This document shows positions 56,004-64,000 of a DNA stretch of 64,000 bases, in pieces. Under the pieces are notes generated by a model. The model was not told where the DNA came from. It searched no databases and was given only the letters and a program-made list of their open reading frames with translations. The DNA is from a virus (lineage: Duplodnaviria > Caudoviricetes): the IMG/VR virus record IMGVR_UViG_3300028591_000148, positions 29,239-93,238 of that record. One strand, 5' to 3'. How positions within the stretch are numbered: the first letter of the stretch is position 1; each line of letters begins with the position of its first letter. The position numbers and the translations under genes were made by a program.

Positions 56004-56321
56004 TTACTTGTTTTCGGTTTCCTTTGTTTGTTTTTCTGTTACTTTTTTGCTCCAATACTGTCTACTGATAGCACCCATAACACCATTTCTACCATGTGGC
56101 AACCATTCCTGAAATTTCTTAAGCTGCTTAATATCCTCGTCTGTCCAATATCTAGGACCTCTCACAGATTCCTGAATAAAATCTGGAAGTGCTGGAAAAT
56201 CCTCCGGTTTTTCAATACTGGAATCTTGATACCATCTATACCAATTATTTAGTGTTTTAGTTGAAATATTGAGTTTATTTGCCACATAACTAGCTGAATA
56301 TCGCTTAATATTTTCCTCCAT
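56004..56321 (-). CDS. MerR-type HTH DNA-binding protein
   Basis: YSASYVANKLNISTKTLNNW..RYWTDEDIKQL. Confidence 0.75.
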   Translation of the reverse strand: MEENIKRYSASYVANKLNISTKTLNNWYRWYQDSSIEKPEDFPALPDFIQESVRGPRYWTDEDIKQLKKFQEWLPHGRNGVMGAISRQYWSKKVTEKQTKETENK

Positions 56322-56336
56322 AATACTTCTTCCTCC

Positions 56337-58118
56337 TCATTTTACATCAAGTAGATAATTTATAATGTTTGGATTCTTTAGTATATCTTCTTCCTTATCT
56401 ATAAGGATATCTGACATTTTACCTTTTTTGTAAACAATATCATTTATTCGTTCGTCAATAGTTCCTTTACACATTATTGTAATAATGTTAGGACTTTCTT
56501 TAGTACCTATTCTATGTACTCTGTCTTCGCATTGTGTTTTAGCTGCTCTACTCCAAGGTTCATCTAAAAATATAACTGTATTAGCTTCTGTAAGAGTAAA
56601 TCCAACTCCAATAGAATCCATAGTACCTAATAGAACTTTACATTTTTCATCTTTACAAAATCGTTCTCTTTCCTGTTCTCTGTCTTTCTTGTTTTGTCCT
56701 GTATATACGGCTGGTTGATATCCTAGCTTCTGAAGTAGTTCATAGGCGGGAAATATAATATTTGTCCAATTACTGAATATTAAACATTTTCCTCCATTAT
56801 CTACAACATCATCAACTAACTGAACCATTCTATCAAATTTTGGGTTATCCTTTATTTGCGAACTAATTATATTTGGATTTCCTGTTACTTGTCTTAATCT
56901 AATGAGAGTTGTTAGTGGATTAGGACTGATATTAACTTTGTCTATAACATCTGTTAGTATTTGTTCTCTTATCTGTTCATATAGTTTTATTTGTTCCTTT
57001 GTCATTTCTACATAATCATTTATATAGATTTTTTCAGGTAAATCTTTTAGAACATCTGTTTTAAGACGTCTTATCATACATTTATCTAGTACTGAAACTA
57101 GCTCTGGTAGATTCTTATATCCGATTATTTGGTGATCCCCAAAACCACCTTTGATACTGTAATGTCTTTCAAACTGGTAATAAGAGTGTTCTTCAAAACC
57201 TAACCATTTCAAAGGTATATAAGCATCTAACGGTTTATTTACAACCGGAGTTCCTGTTAATGCTACTTGATAATCACAACTTAATGAAAGCAATGCCTCA
57301 CCTTGTATAGAAGCACTGTTTTTAACTCTGTGTGACTCATCAACTACCATCATAGAAATATCACCATCTTTTATAGCTTTTTGTAAAGCCTCTACCATGA
57401 GAAAGATGGTTCTTTTTCTAAACCTTTGAACTCCGTTCTTTTTCGTTTTAAGAGGTTCCTGAACTCTTTTTACATAACGAAGTGTTTCAATATTCGTTAT
57501 TAAGTAAAAACAGTCTTTTGCAGGTCCTGTGTTTATATTCACAATATCATTTAATTTATCCTCATTAGATCCTATGGAAGCATTACCACGTTTACTGATT
57601 CTAGTACCTAAAATAAAGGCTTTATCTCCTGTGTGTTTATATACCTCGTCATACCAGTTATATTTCAAACTGTTTACACAGGTAACAATCAAAACGTGTT
57701 TTATTCCATGTTGTTTCTTGAGTATTTGTGATAAATCAAGTATTTGCTTTGTTTTACCTAAACCCGGTTCATCTGCAAGTAGGAACTTTGGATGTGACAA
57801 TCCATAGTTTATACCATCTACTTGATACGGATAAGGTTGCAACTTATATTCGTACCAATCTGGTATAAGATTTTCACAAGTAAATATTTTACTAGGTTCT
57901 TCATTAGTTACAGCTTGTTTTACTTCATCATAGGATATGTTATATTCATATCCTTGCAGAACCTGTAACAGTGCCGCTAACTCTGTTTCCGGTATTTGCC
58001 ATTCTCTATTTTCCTTATCCCAAAACCGTTTAGCTCTACTTCGCATGAATTTGAGTATATTCTGGTCGTATTGGGAGTTTAGAAATATAGTACCTTTACT
58101 TACTTTAATATTTACCAA
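56337..58118 (-). CDS. SNF2-family helicase with HARP-like N-terminus
   Basis: YQVDG, LADEPGLGKT, VDESH, LTGTP, RRLK, GFTLTEA, QCEDRVHRIG. Confidence 0.92.
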   Translation of the reverse strand: MVNIKVSKGTIFLNSQYDQNILKFMRSRAKRFWDKENREWQIPETELAALLQVLQGYEYNISYDEVKQAVTNEEPSKIFTCENLIPDWYEYKLQPYPYQVDGINYGLSHPKFLLADEPGLGKTKQILDLSQILKKQHGIKHVLIVTCVNSLKYNWYDEVYKHTGDKAFILGTRISKRGNASIGSNEDKLNDIVNINTGPAKDCFYLITNIETLRYVKRVQEPLKTKKNGVQRFRKRTIFLMVEALQKAIKDGDISMMVVDESHRVKNSASIQGEALLSLSCDYQVALTGTPVVNKPLDAYIPLKWLGFEEHSYYQFERHYSIKGGFGDHQIIGYKNLPELVSVLDKCMIRRLKTDVLKDLPEKIYINDYVEMTKEQIKLYEQIREQILTDVIDKVNISPNPLTTLIRLRQVTGNPNIISSQIKDNPKFDRMVQLVDDVVDNGGKCLIFSNWTNIIFPAYELLQKLGYQPAVYTGQNKKDREQERERFCKDEKCKVLLGTMDSIGVGFTLTEANTVIFLDEPWSRAAKTQCEDRVHRIGTKESPNIITIMCKGTIDERINDIVYKKGKMSDILIDKEEDILKNPNIINYLLDVK

Positions 58119-58167
58119 CTAATCACCTAACCTCGGTAGAGTTTATGTTATAACATCTTTCAAATAT

Positions 58168-58196
58168 AATATAACACAAACTCTACCAAAAGTCAA
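58168..58196 (-). promoter_or_regulatory. Promoter TTGACT-N17-TATATT inside an imperfect inverted repeat
   Basis: ggtagagtttatgttata (58135-58152) vs tataacacaaactctacc (58170-58187). Confidence 0.65.
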
Positions 58197-58247
58197 GTGT
58201 TTTTTACCGAAATCGTTTATTTAACTAAAATTGTAACTTTTTTGTAA

Positions 58248-59165
58248 TTAAACAAACTCTCTTACAACTTCCAGGAAGTTATTAGTGTTGACGCTGTCAA
58301 ATGTTGCTTCCATGAAAGCACCCTCATTGGCTGTCAGTGTCTTCTTACGCTGTCTGTGAGTGGTGTAATCCGTAAAAGCATTAACCAATCCCCAAACAGT
58401 TCCTCTGAAATTGGAGTTGTCTTCACTACGATAACAGTCAATGAAGAACTCCTTCTGAGCTTCAATTCTCTTCATCTGACGTTCCGTAGCTTCCTTCTGC
58501 TTACGGAGTTCACGGTCTTCCTTTACTTTGTCGAAGAACTTATCCAGGATCTGGTGAACCGTATCCATATTGGTAACTTTAATTGCCGCCAGTTCTTCAG
58601 CGGTATCGTTAAAGGATTCCATATATGCTGCGGTTTCAGTAAGGAGTGTATGTGCCTGAGCAATCTTTGTAGGAAGTCTTCTGGAGTGTCTGATATCCAC
58701 AGTATTTCTCATTTTCTTAAAACTTACTGCGAACTGGTTCTGACATACAAATCTCAACGGGCAAATTGTTGCTCTAACATTGTACAGTCCATTGTGGCTT
58801 GTCTGGAAGATAATGTAAGGATTGAACGTATCTCCAAGAATCTGTGTTTCCGGAAGTTTACCGATGATGTACACAAGCCCTCTAGAAGTTTCACCAGCTT
58901 TTTCAAAGGTCACATTAGGAATCTCATTGATAAATCCAAATGCGTCCTGATTCTGGTAAATTTCATAAGTGTCAGACACTACACCAATATACTCATTAGT
59001 TCCTTCCTTGATCGTTGCCTTCTTTTTAGGAATCACAAAACCGTTCGGCAACTGGATATCCTGTTTAACAACATTATAGTCCAGATTAGCCTTGGTAAGG
59101 ATCTCATTGACGTCGGTCATTCCTCTAACATCAGTACCCATATTAATCCATGTTGCTTCTCTCAT
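58248..59165 (-). CDS. DUF932-family protein
   Basis: ANLDYNV, IGVVSDTYEIYQNQDAF, TSHNG, PLRFVCQN, RHS, GTVWGLVNAFTDY. Confidence 0.85.
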   Translation of the reverse strand: MREATWINMGTDVRGMTDVNEILTKANLDYNVVKQDIQLPNGFVIPKKKATIKEGTNEYIGVVSDTYEIYQNQDAFGFINEIPNVTFEKAGETSRGLVYIIGKLPETQILGDTFNPYIIFQTSHNGLYNVRATICPLRFVCQNQFAVSFKKMRNTVDIRHSRRLPTKIAQAHTLLTETAAYMESFNDTAEELAAIKVTNMDTVHQILDKFFDKVKEDRELRKQKEATERQMKRIEAQKEFFIDCYRSEDNSNFRGTVWGLVNAFTDYTTHRQRKKTLTANEGAFMEATFDSVNTNNFLEVVREFV

Positions 59166-59219
59166 TTTACTTTCCTCCTGTTTGTTTGTGTTTTTGTGTG
59201 GTTTAACTTTTGTAATTAT

Positions 59220-59248
59220 AGTATAACACATTTAGACTCAAATGTCAA
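59220..59248 (-). promoter_or_regulatory. Sigma-A-type promoter TTGACA-N17-TATACT
   Basis: Consensus match; first promoter of the early/replication block. Confidence 0.8.
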
Positions 59249-59254
59249 GGGTTT

Positions 59255-59640
59255 TTAAGAAAATAATCTAAAATAAATTGTAAACATTTTATGTATAAGT
59301 TATTAATTTTAACAAAGCCCTATATTAATAAATATTTCTATTTTTCTATTTGTTTTACTAAAACAATAGTCTATATAGTACATATTATATATTATAATTT
59401 ATTAGTAAATAAATATTAAAGTAATAATAAAGTAAATAATAATTATTAAGTAATATTATTAGTTTATTAAGTAATTAGTATTTTTAGTGTTTTATTTTTT
59501 GGTCTTTATTATTTATTATATATTATTATGTAATCTTTTGTAACCCTTGAAATCATGATATCTTGGAATCACAGGGTTACAAAATGTTACTATATTCTTG
59601 TAATATTTTATTGTAATTATACTATGTGTATATAAAATCA
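59255..59640. other. Very AT-rich non-coding region, candidate replication origin
   Basis: Long A/T-only runs 59330-59530; recurring TTGTAA/TTACAA; inverted repeat tttgtaaccct/agggttacaaa. Confidence 0.4.
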
Positions 59641-59645
59641 GAATA

Positions 59646-59683
59646 AAAAATAAGGGCAACAAACAAAATGTTACCCTTATTTT
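59646..59683 (-). terminator. Intrinsic terminator ending the virion module
   Basis: aaaataagggcaaca..tgttacccttatttt. Confidence 0.65.
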
Positions 59684-59725
59684 GTAAACTATTTCTTATA
59701 CTTTAATGTATAGTGGACCGTTACC

Positions 59726-62700
59726 TCAACCTCCGAATGTGTATGGAACATCGTATTCATTTCCATCCCATTCAATCCATAAATGACCTGGATTATTAGG
59801 ATCTTCCAGTATACAAGAACTTGTATCTATGCTACCTCCGGATAATACTGGAACACCAAGAAACTCAATCATTAATTCTGCAATATTGTTAGAGTCTATA
59901 GTATCACCGTAATTATAGATTCTAATACCTACTACTCTATCTAGACTTGTAGTGCTAGGTACATCAAAATACCATTTATATTCTAACTTATTTAAGAACT
60001 GTGTTTGATAGTAGCTAGTGCTTGCATCTGCACTGCCGACTAATTGTTGTATTTCGATATGAGATCCTTTATTAATATTAACATAATCTGGATTCATATG
60101 TACGATTAATTCTATATATTTATTTGCTGATAGTGATGTTAGTGCTTTTACATTGGAACCTGGTGCATCCGGTTGTCCTATCCAAACAATAATTCTTCCA
60201 TTAGGCCATCTAATTATACTGTTCTGTTTAAGATAATTCATCAGACTTCTTAAATCATCCACATTTACTTCTTGTTTTATAATATCTTGAATTGTGGTGT
60301 AGTTAGGACCGTAGATCTTATTGATATGGAATATTGCTTCTCGTCTGCGTTTAATATATTTAGAATTAATGTCGATATTTGTATTGGGTTTTTCTTTGTC
60401 ATTGGTACCTGTAGTTAGATCCGTTGAAACCTCTAGATTATATAAATAACAGGTATTGTTATCTACGTCACTCGGTAATGTGTAGGAAAGTTCCAGTCCG
60501 GCATAATTATTAGGTTGATCAAAATCTTTTCCTCTTAAATAATTGTGACTATCCTTTTTAATGGTAGCTGTGCATGGAATATAGGTTATCCAGTTTGCTT
60601 CGTTCCAATCATAACACATACCGTTTATTATAGAATTAGAACTACCGGTACCGTTTAAGGATTTTATATTGTGTGTTCCAAACATTGCCGGAAGTGTATC
60701 ATAGGCGAATCGATTATTTGTCCAGGAAGGTCTTGTAGGCATTAGATACTGGTCTATTAATAGATATGATACATGACCTAATATGACCGGAGTATCTACA
60801 TATGCTACCTTCTTATTAACATATTGCATACTGAATGTATTTCCAGTGTAATCAATTCTCTGAACAACTACATCTGAAACAATAGCATTTTTATTTCCTA
60901 ATGGTACATAATTATCTGTTAATGCACATTGTCTATAATAGTTTATTGGGTCATCAAACTGAATTGCATAGTTTGTTTCAGTATTAGCTAATGCACGAAC
61001 ATAGTAAGAGAATGTAAGAGGATTGTTCCCAGTGTCTTTCCAGACCTCATCGGTTGTGAAATTAGTAATTTTTGCTGTATCTGAATTTACGTTTTTGTTA
61101 TAGTGTATTTCTTTAATAACTGTACTAGGTGTAAATGTGTTATTGTCACTATCATAATTATATTCGGTGCCATTGTATTGTTGAATAGTATCAAAATCAG
61201 TAGAAACACCATAACCGGATGCTGCTAACTGAACACCACAACCAATAGATTTCATACTCTCATAATCATATGTAGGAGAACTTCCACTATTATTGTATCC
61301 ATATGCTACATTATCCATTAAACTACAATAGCACAGATGAATGTACATTGAAATATAAGGTAAAATGTATGTTTGGTAATTTGTTTTGAAGTTACCGTAT
61401 GTTGCATCAGAGGTTGTCCAAAAACAAAGCTGCTGCACTGTCACACTTGAAATATTATTTTCAGTAGGTTCTTCTCCATTTGTTGCTTTCCAGTAAAGTC
61501 TTTTTATAAAGTGTAAATATCCTTCTACTGGATAAGTGTTACAAGTTGAAGTATTATTTACCAAAAATCCGTTAGGTGTTAAACTTCCTTCGGATGTCAT
61601 AAAAGAAACCGGAATATAAATTGTTTCATTGTTAGGTCCGACATATGATTTCTTCAATGTGTCTGGAATACCCTTGATACAAAAATAATCTAGGTTTGTT
61701 TCTACTTTTGCAATGTTTGCAGGATTACCTAACGGAACATAATTTGTAAGTAATTCAGATGTAGTCTTTTTATCAAATAACGTCTCTAACATTGTAGAAT
61801 AGCTTGGAAAGTCTGTCGCTGTATAAGTAACAGTATCATTTACAGTATATCTGACTGAATCATTATCGTACAATTCTTCGAAATTATACAGATACTTTGG
61901 ATAAGTAGCAAGCTTACAATTATTAAAAGGTAACTCTGATAAAAGTGTATTACCACCTAGATTAACATCTGTATTTTGAGTTGCTGGATAACAGTTAGAA
62001 CTTGTTATAGTATTATCATAAAAGAATGTAAGACCAAATATGTCTACAAATTCAATTCTTTGTGATGTTTTGTATTCATTAATAGTTGTATTCCATGTTT
62101 CATGATCTTTAAAGAACATTCCATAGTAAATGTCGATATCCGAAGCAGAGTTTACAACTGCAAAATTATCACCTTTTTTCCAACCTACTTCACTATCTTT
62201 TAGTTTAGCCCATATTTGATCAGGTGTATCCGTAGGTAAGATTGGATTATTTATCGGGTCTACTAATACTTGCGATTCTAATCTAATATCGGTGTTCTTA
62301 TACTTGATTATTGCAGTCGAAACGGTTAGTTCATCTGCGTAAGAACCTGTATATTTAAATTTTAAGTATCCTATACAAGTCTTATTGGTGTATGCAGATT
62401 TCCATTTATTGATAAGTTGTGACTTTGTAGATGTTGAATAATTATTTGGATTATAATCAGAAAGAAGTACCTTTTCGAGGTTAGTTGTAAGAACATTTGC
62501 TGTACCTTGATTTACTAGACCTTCTACAAATCTTTGTGCATATCTAGAGTCCATAGGAATAAAAGTTCCGCCAGTTTCATCGTCAAATGAAATGTGTGCA
62601 GGATCTCCGAGTTTGAATGTATATCCGTCAATACTGAACATACCAGCATTAATAATATCATTACCATCTTCGTCTGTGGTAGCACTAAATGCAGCACTTA

Positions 62701-62875
62701 ATCCAGCTTCTGTATCTCCAATAATAAAAGGTTTGGAGACTAACTTTTTAGTCAGCCATCTTAAATTTTCTTCATTATTGAAACCACCATCATTAGGTGA
62801 ATTTTCAGAAGGTGCCGCTTTTACATCAGACAAGGGTATTTTGTTTAATGAGGTGTTAGTTAAATCATCAAACAT
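59726..62875 (-). CDS. Large putative virion (tail/baseplate) protein
   Basis: 1049 aa, N/T/Y-rich, N-terminal NNEENL..INAGMFSIDGYTF; follows a tail-type gene. Confidence 0.5.
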   Translation of the reverse strand: MFDDLTNTSLNKIPLSDVKAAPSENSPNDGGFNNEENLRWLTKKLVSKPFIIGDTEAGLSAAFSATTDEDGNDIINAGMFSIDGYTFKLGDPAHISFDDETGGTFIPMDSRYAQRFVEGLVNQGTANVLTTNLEKVLLSDYNPNNYSTSTKSQLINKWKSAYTNKTCIGYLKFKYTGSYADELTVSTAIIKYKNTDIRLESQVLVDPINNPILPTDTPDQIWAKLKDSEVGWKKGDNFAVVNSASDIDIYYGMFFKDHETWNTTINEYKTSQRIEFVDIFGLTFFYDNTITSSNCYPATQNTDVNLGGNTLLSELPFNNCKLATYPKYLYNFEELYDNDSVRYTVNDTVTYTATDFPSYSTMLETLFDKKTTSELLTNYVPLGNPANIAKVETNLDYFCIKGIPDTLKKSYVGPNNETIYIPVSFMTSEGSLTPNGFLVNNTSTCNTYPVEGYLHFIKRLYWKATNGEEPTENNISSVTVQQLCFWTTSDATYGNFKTNYQTYILPYISMYIHLCYCSLMDNVAYGYNNSGSSPTYDYESMKSIGCGVQLAASGYGVSTDFDTIQQYNGTEYNYDSDNNTFTPSTVIKEIHYNKNVNSDTAKITNFTTDEVWKDTGNNPLTFSYYVRALANTETNYAIQFDDPINYYRQCALTDNYVPLGNKNAIVSDVVVQRIDYTGNTFSMQYVNKKVAYVDTPVILGHVSYLLIDQYLMPTRPSWTNNRFAYDTLPAMFGTHNIKSLNGTGSSNSIINGMCYDWNEANWITYIPCTATIKKDSHNYLRGKDFDQPNNYAGLELSYTLPSDVDNNTCYLYNLEVSTDLTTGTNDKEKPNTNIDINSKYIKRRREAIFHINKIYGPNYTTIQDIIKQEVNVDDLRSLMNYLKQNSIIRWPNGRIIVWIGQPDAPGSNVKALTSLSANKYIELIVHMNPDYVNINKGSHIEIQQLVGSADASTSYYQTQFLNKLEYKWYFDVPSTTSLDRVVGIRIYNYGDTIDSNNIAELMIEFLGVPVLSGGSIDTSSCILEDPNNPGHLWIEWDGNEYDVPYTFGG

Positions 62876-62946
62876 AGGAAAACCTCCTCTTTTTATTGTG
62901 TTACTGTATTTCCTATAATCATTTCAGGTTCTGGTGTAGGTGTAGG

Positions 62947-63783
62947 TCATGGGTCAATGTCGTTCTCCACTTCAAATACGCCTAACGTAGGAATTTCTTG
63001 AATAGTGGTTGTTATAATATCACCATTTTCGTCCAAGACATTTGCTGTAAGCATTGTATCTTTACCTACAGCGGCAATGGTAATAACCCATCTTATAACA
63101 ACTGTATCATCAGGTCTAACATAAAGAGTATTCGTTTTTTCTTCTTCGTCTTCTGTGTAATTACCTAATTTTATATAAGCTAATAGATCTTCTGTTCCTG
63201 GAACAGGTGTCGCAAATAAACCAATCTCTGATATAAACAGTGGATTATTGTTATAGTACATATTTAACTCTCCAGGTCGTATTTCACAATAAAAATAAAT
63301 ACTATCCATATCAGCGGTAGATTCATCTTCTAGTGTTAGAGTTGCTTTTCTTATTTGAGATCTAGTACCGCTAATACCTTCACCTTCTTCTTTTCCAGTG
63401 AAGAATTCTCTTACAAACTTTTTAGCATTGTAATCGACATATTCATTCCAGTCAGATTCTAATTCTGGTACTCTTGGGTTCTCGTCCGAAGGTTTTGGCA
63501 CTATCTGCCCGTCACTGTTTTCGTAAAGAACAACACCTCCGTCACCACATCCTAAAAAACAAGGTATATACTTCTCTGTATTTGAATACTGTGGATTAGG
63601 TTGTAAAAATGTTTTATTAAAGTCACCATTTAAAAATCTTAAAAGACCTGTTACCATTTGTCTAGTTGCTTTATTGTGTGTTTGAATGTGTTTTGTTATA
63701 ATATTACTTCGGGTATCTACAACAGAAATTTCTACGTTATTACAAATTGTAAAACCCATGCTAGAGGAAGTAATGTTTCCCAT
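62947..63783 (-). CDS. Putative baseplate/tail-fibre attachment protein
   Basis: HNKAT..LRFL, FLGCGDG, ISEIGLFA..LLAY..VIRWVITI pattern. Confidence 0.55.
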   Translation of the reverse strand: MGNITSSSMGFTICNNVEISVVDTRSNIITKHIQTHNKATRQMVTGLLRFLNGDFNKTFLQPNPQYSNTEKYIPCFLGCGDGGVVLYENSDGQIVPKPSDENPRVPELESDWNEYVDYNAKKFVREFFTGKEEGEGISGTRSQIRKATLTLEDESTADMDSIYFYCEIRPGELNMYYNNNPLFISEIGLFATPVPGTEDLLAYIKLGNYTEDEEEKTNTLYVRPDDTVVIRWVITIAAVGKDTMLTANVLDENGDIITTTIQEIPTLGVFEVENDIDP

Positions 63784-63794
63784 ATTGTCACCTC

Positions 63795-64000
63795 TTAATC
63801 ATTTAGATTTATTGTAGAATCTTCTGAAAACTGTTCCATCCATTTTGGATCTGTTGTTGCGGAAAAGTTTACAAAAGAACGGTTGACAAATGTATTTATC
63901 TCCGGTTGATATGTTTCGACCGTATTATCTGTAGCAGCGTATATCATCAAAGCATCCGTATTAATATTATGCCCTATAATAGAACGTAACTCTACTCTCA
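63795..64000 (-). CDS. 3' end of an ORF truncated by the window edge
   Basis: Reading frame ending in TAA at 63795 just before the GAGG RBS of the next gene. Confidence 0.4.
   Translation of the reverse strand, partial: RVELRSIIGHNINTDALMIYAATDNTVETYQPEINTFVNRSFVNFSATTDPKWMEQFSEDSTINLND

Noticed and set aside
58356-59258. 300-aa plus-strand ORF
   Set aside because: Antisense shadow of the DUF932 gene; no RBS or recognisable motifs; all supported genes are on the minus strand.

Overview
A 64 kb segment of a large, AT-rich dsDNA phage, most likely infecting a Firmicute: it has strong GGAGG Shine-Dalgarno sites and 16 near-consensus sigma-A promoters, and essentially all real genes are on the minus strand. 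In transcription order (high to low coordinates) it carries: the end of a virion/tail module; an AT-rich origin-like gap; replication genes (SNF2, initiator, DnaC-, DnaB- and DnaG-like, SSB, family A polymerase); a 7-deazaguanine DNA-modification cluster (DpdA-like, QueC, a glycosyltransferase, QueD, QueE, FolE); its own beta clamp and full clamp loader; Cas4-like, RecU, RecA and UvrD recombination genes; a 16-tRNA array interleaved with about 7 unexplained structured RNAs; PhoH, a SleB-type hydrolase, a Clp ATPase, RNase H, nucleotide-metabolism genes, a PNK/phosphatase/RNA-ligase repair enzyme, two DNA methyltransferases and a glutaredoxin-fused NrdD. The three most striking observations are: (1) a ~375-nt closed RNA with a 7-nt periodic repeat array and an embedded tRNA relic, directly downstream of an internally duplicated coiled-coil gene; (2) a glycosyltransferase inside the deazaguanine pathway; (3) a shared C-terminal (K/R)LF tail on all four predicted DNA-modifying enzymes, suggesting modification coupled to the sliding clamp. 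All protein calls come from motif recognition by eye, and all RNA structures from manual base-pairing; no searches or folding programs were run.
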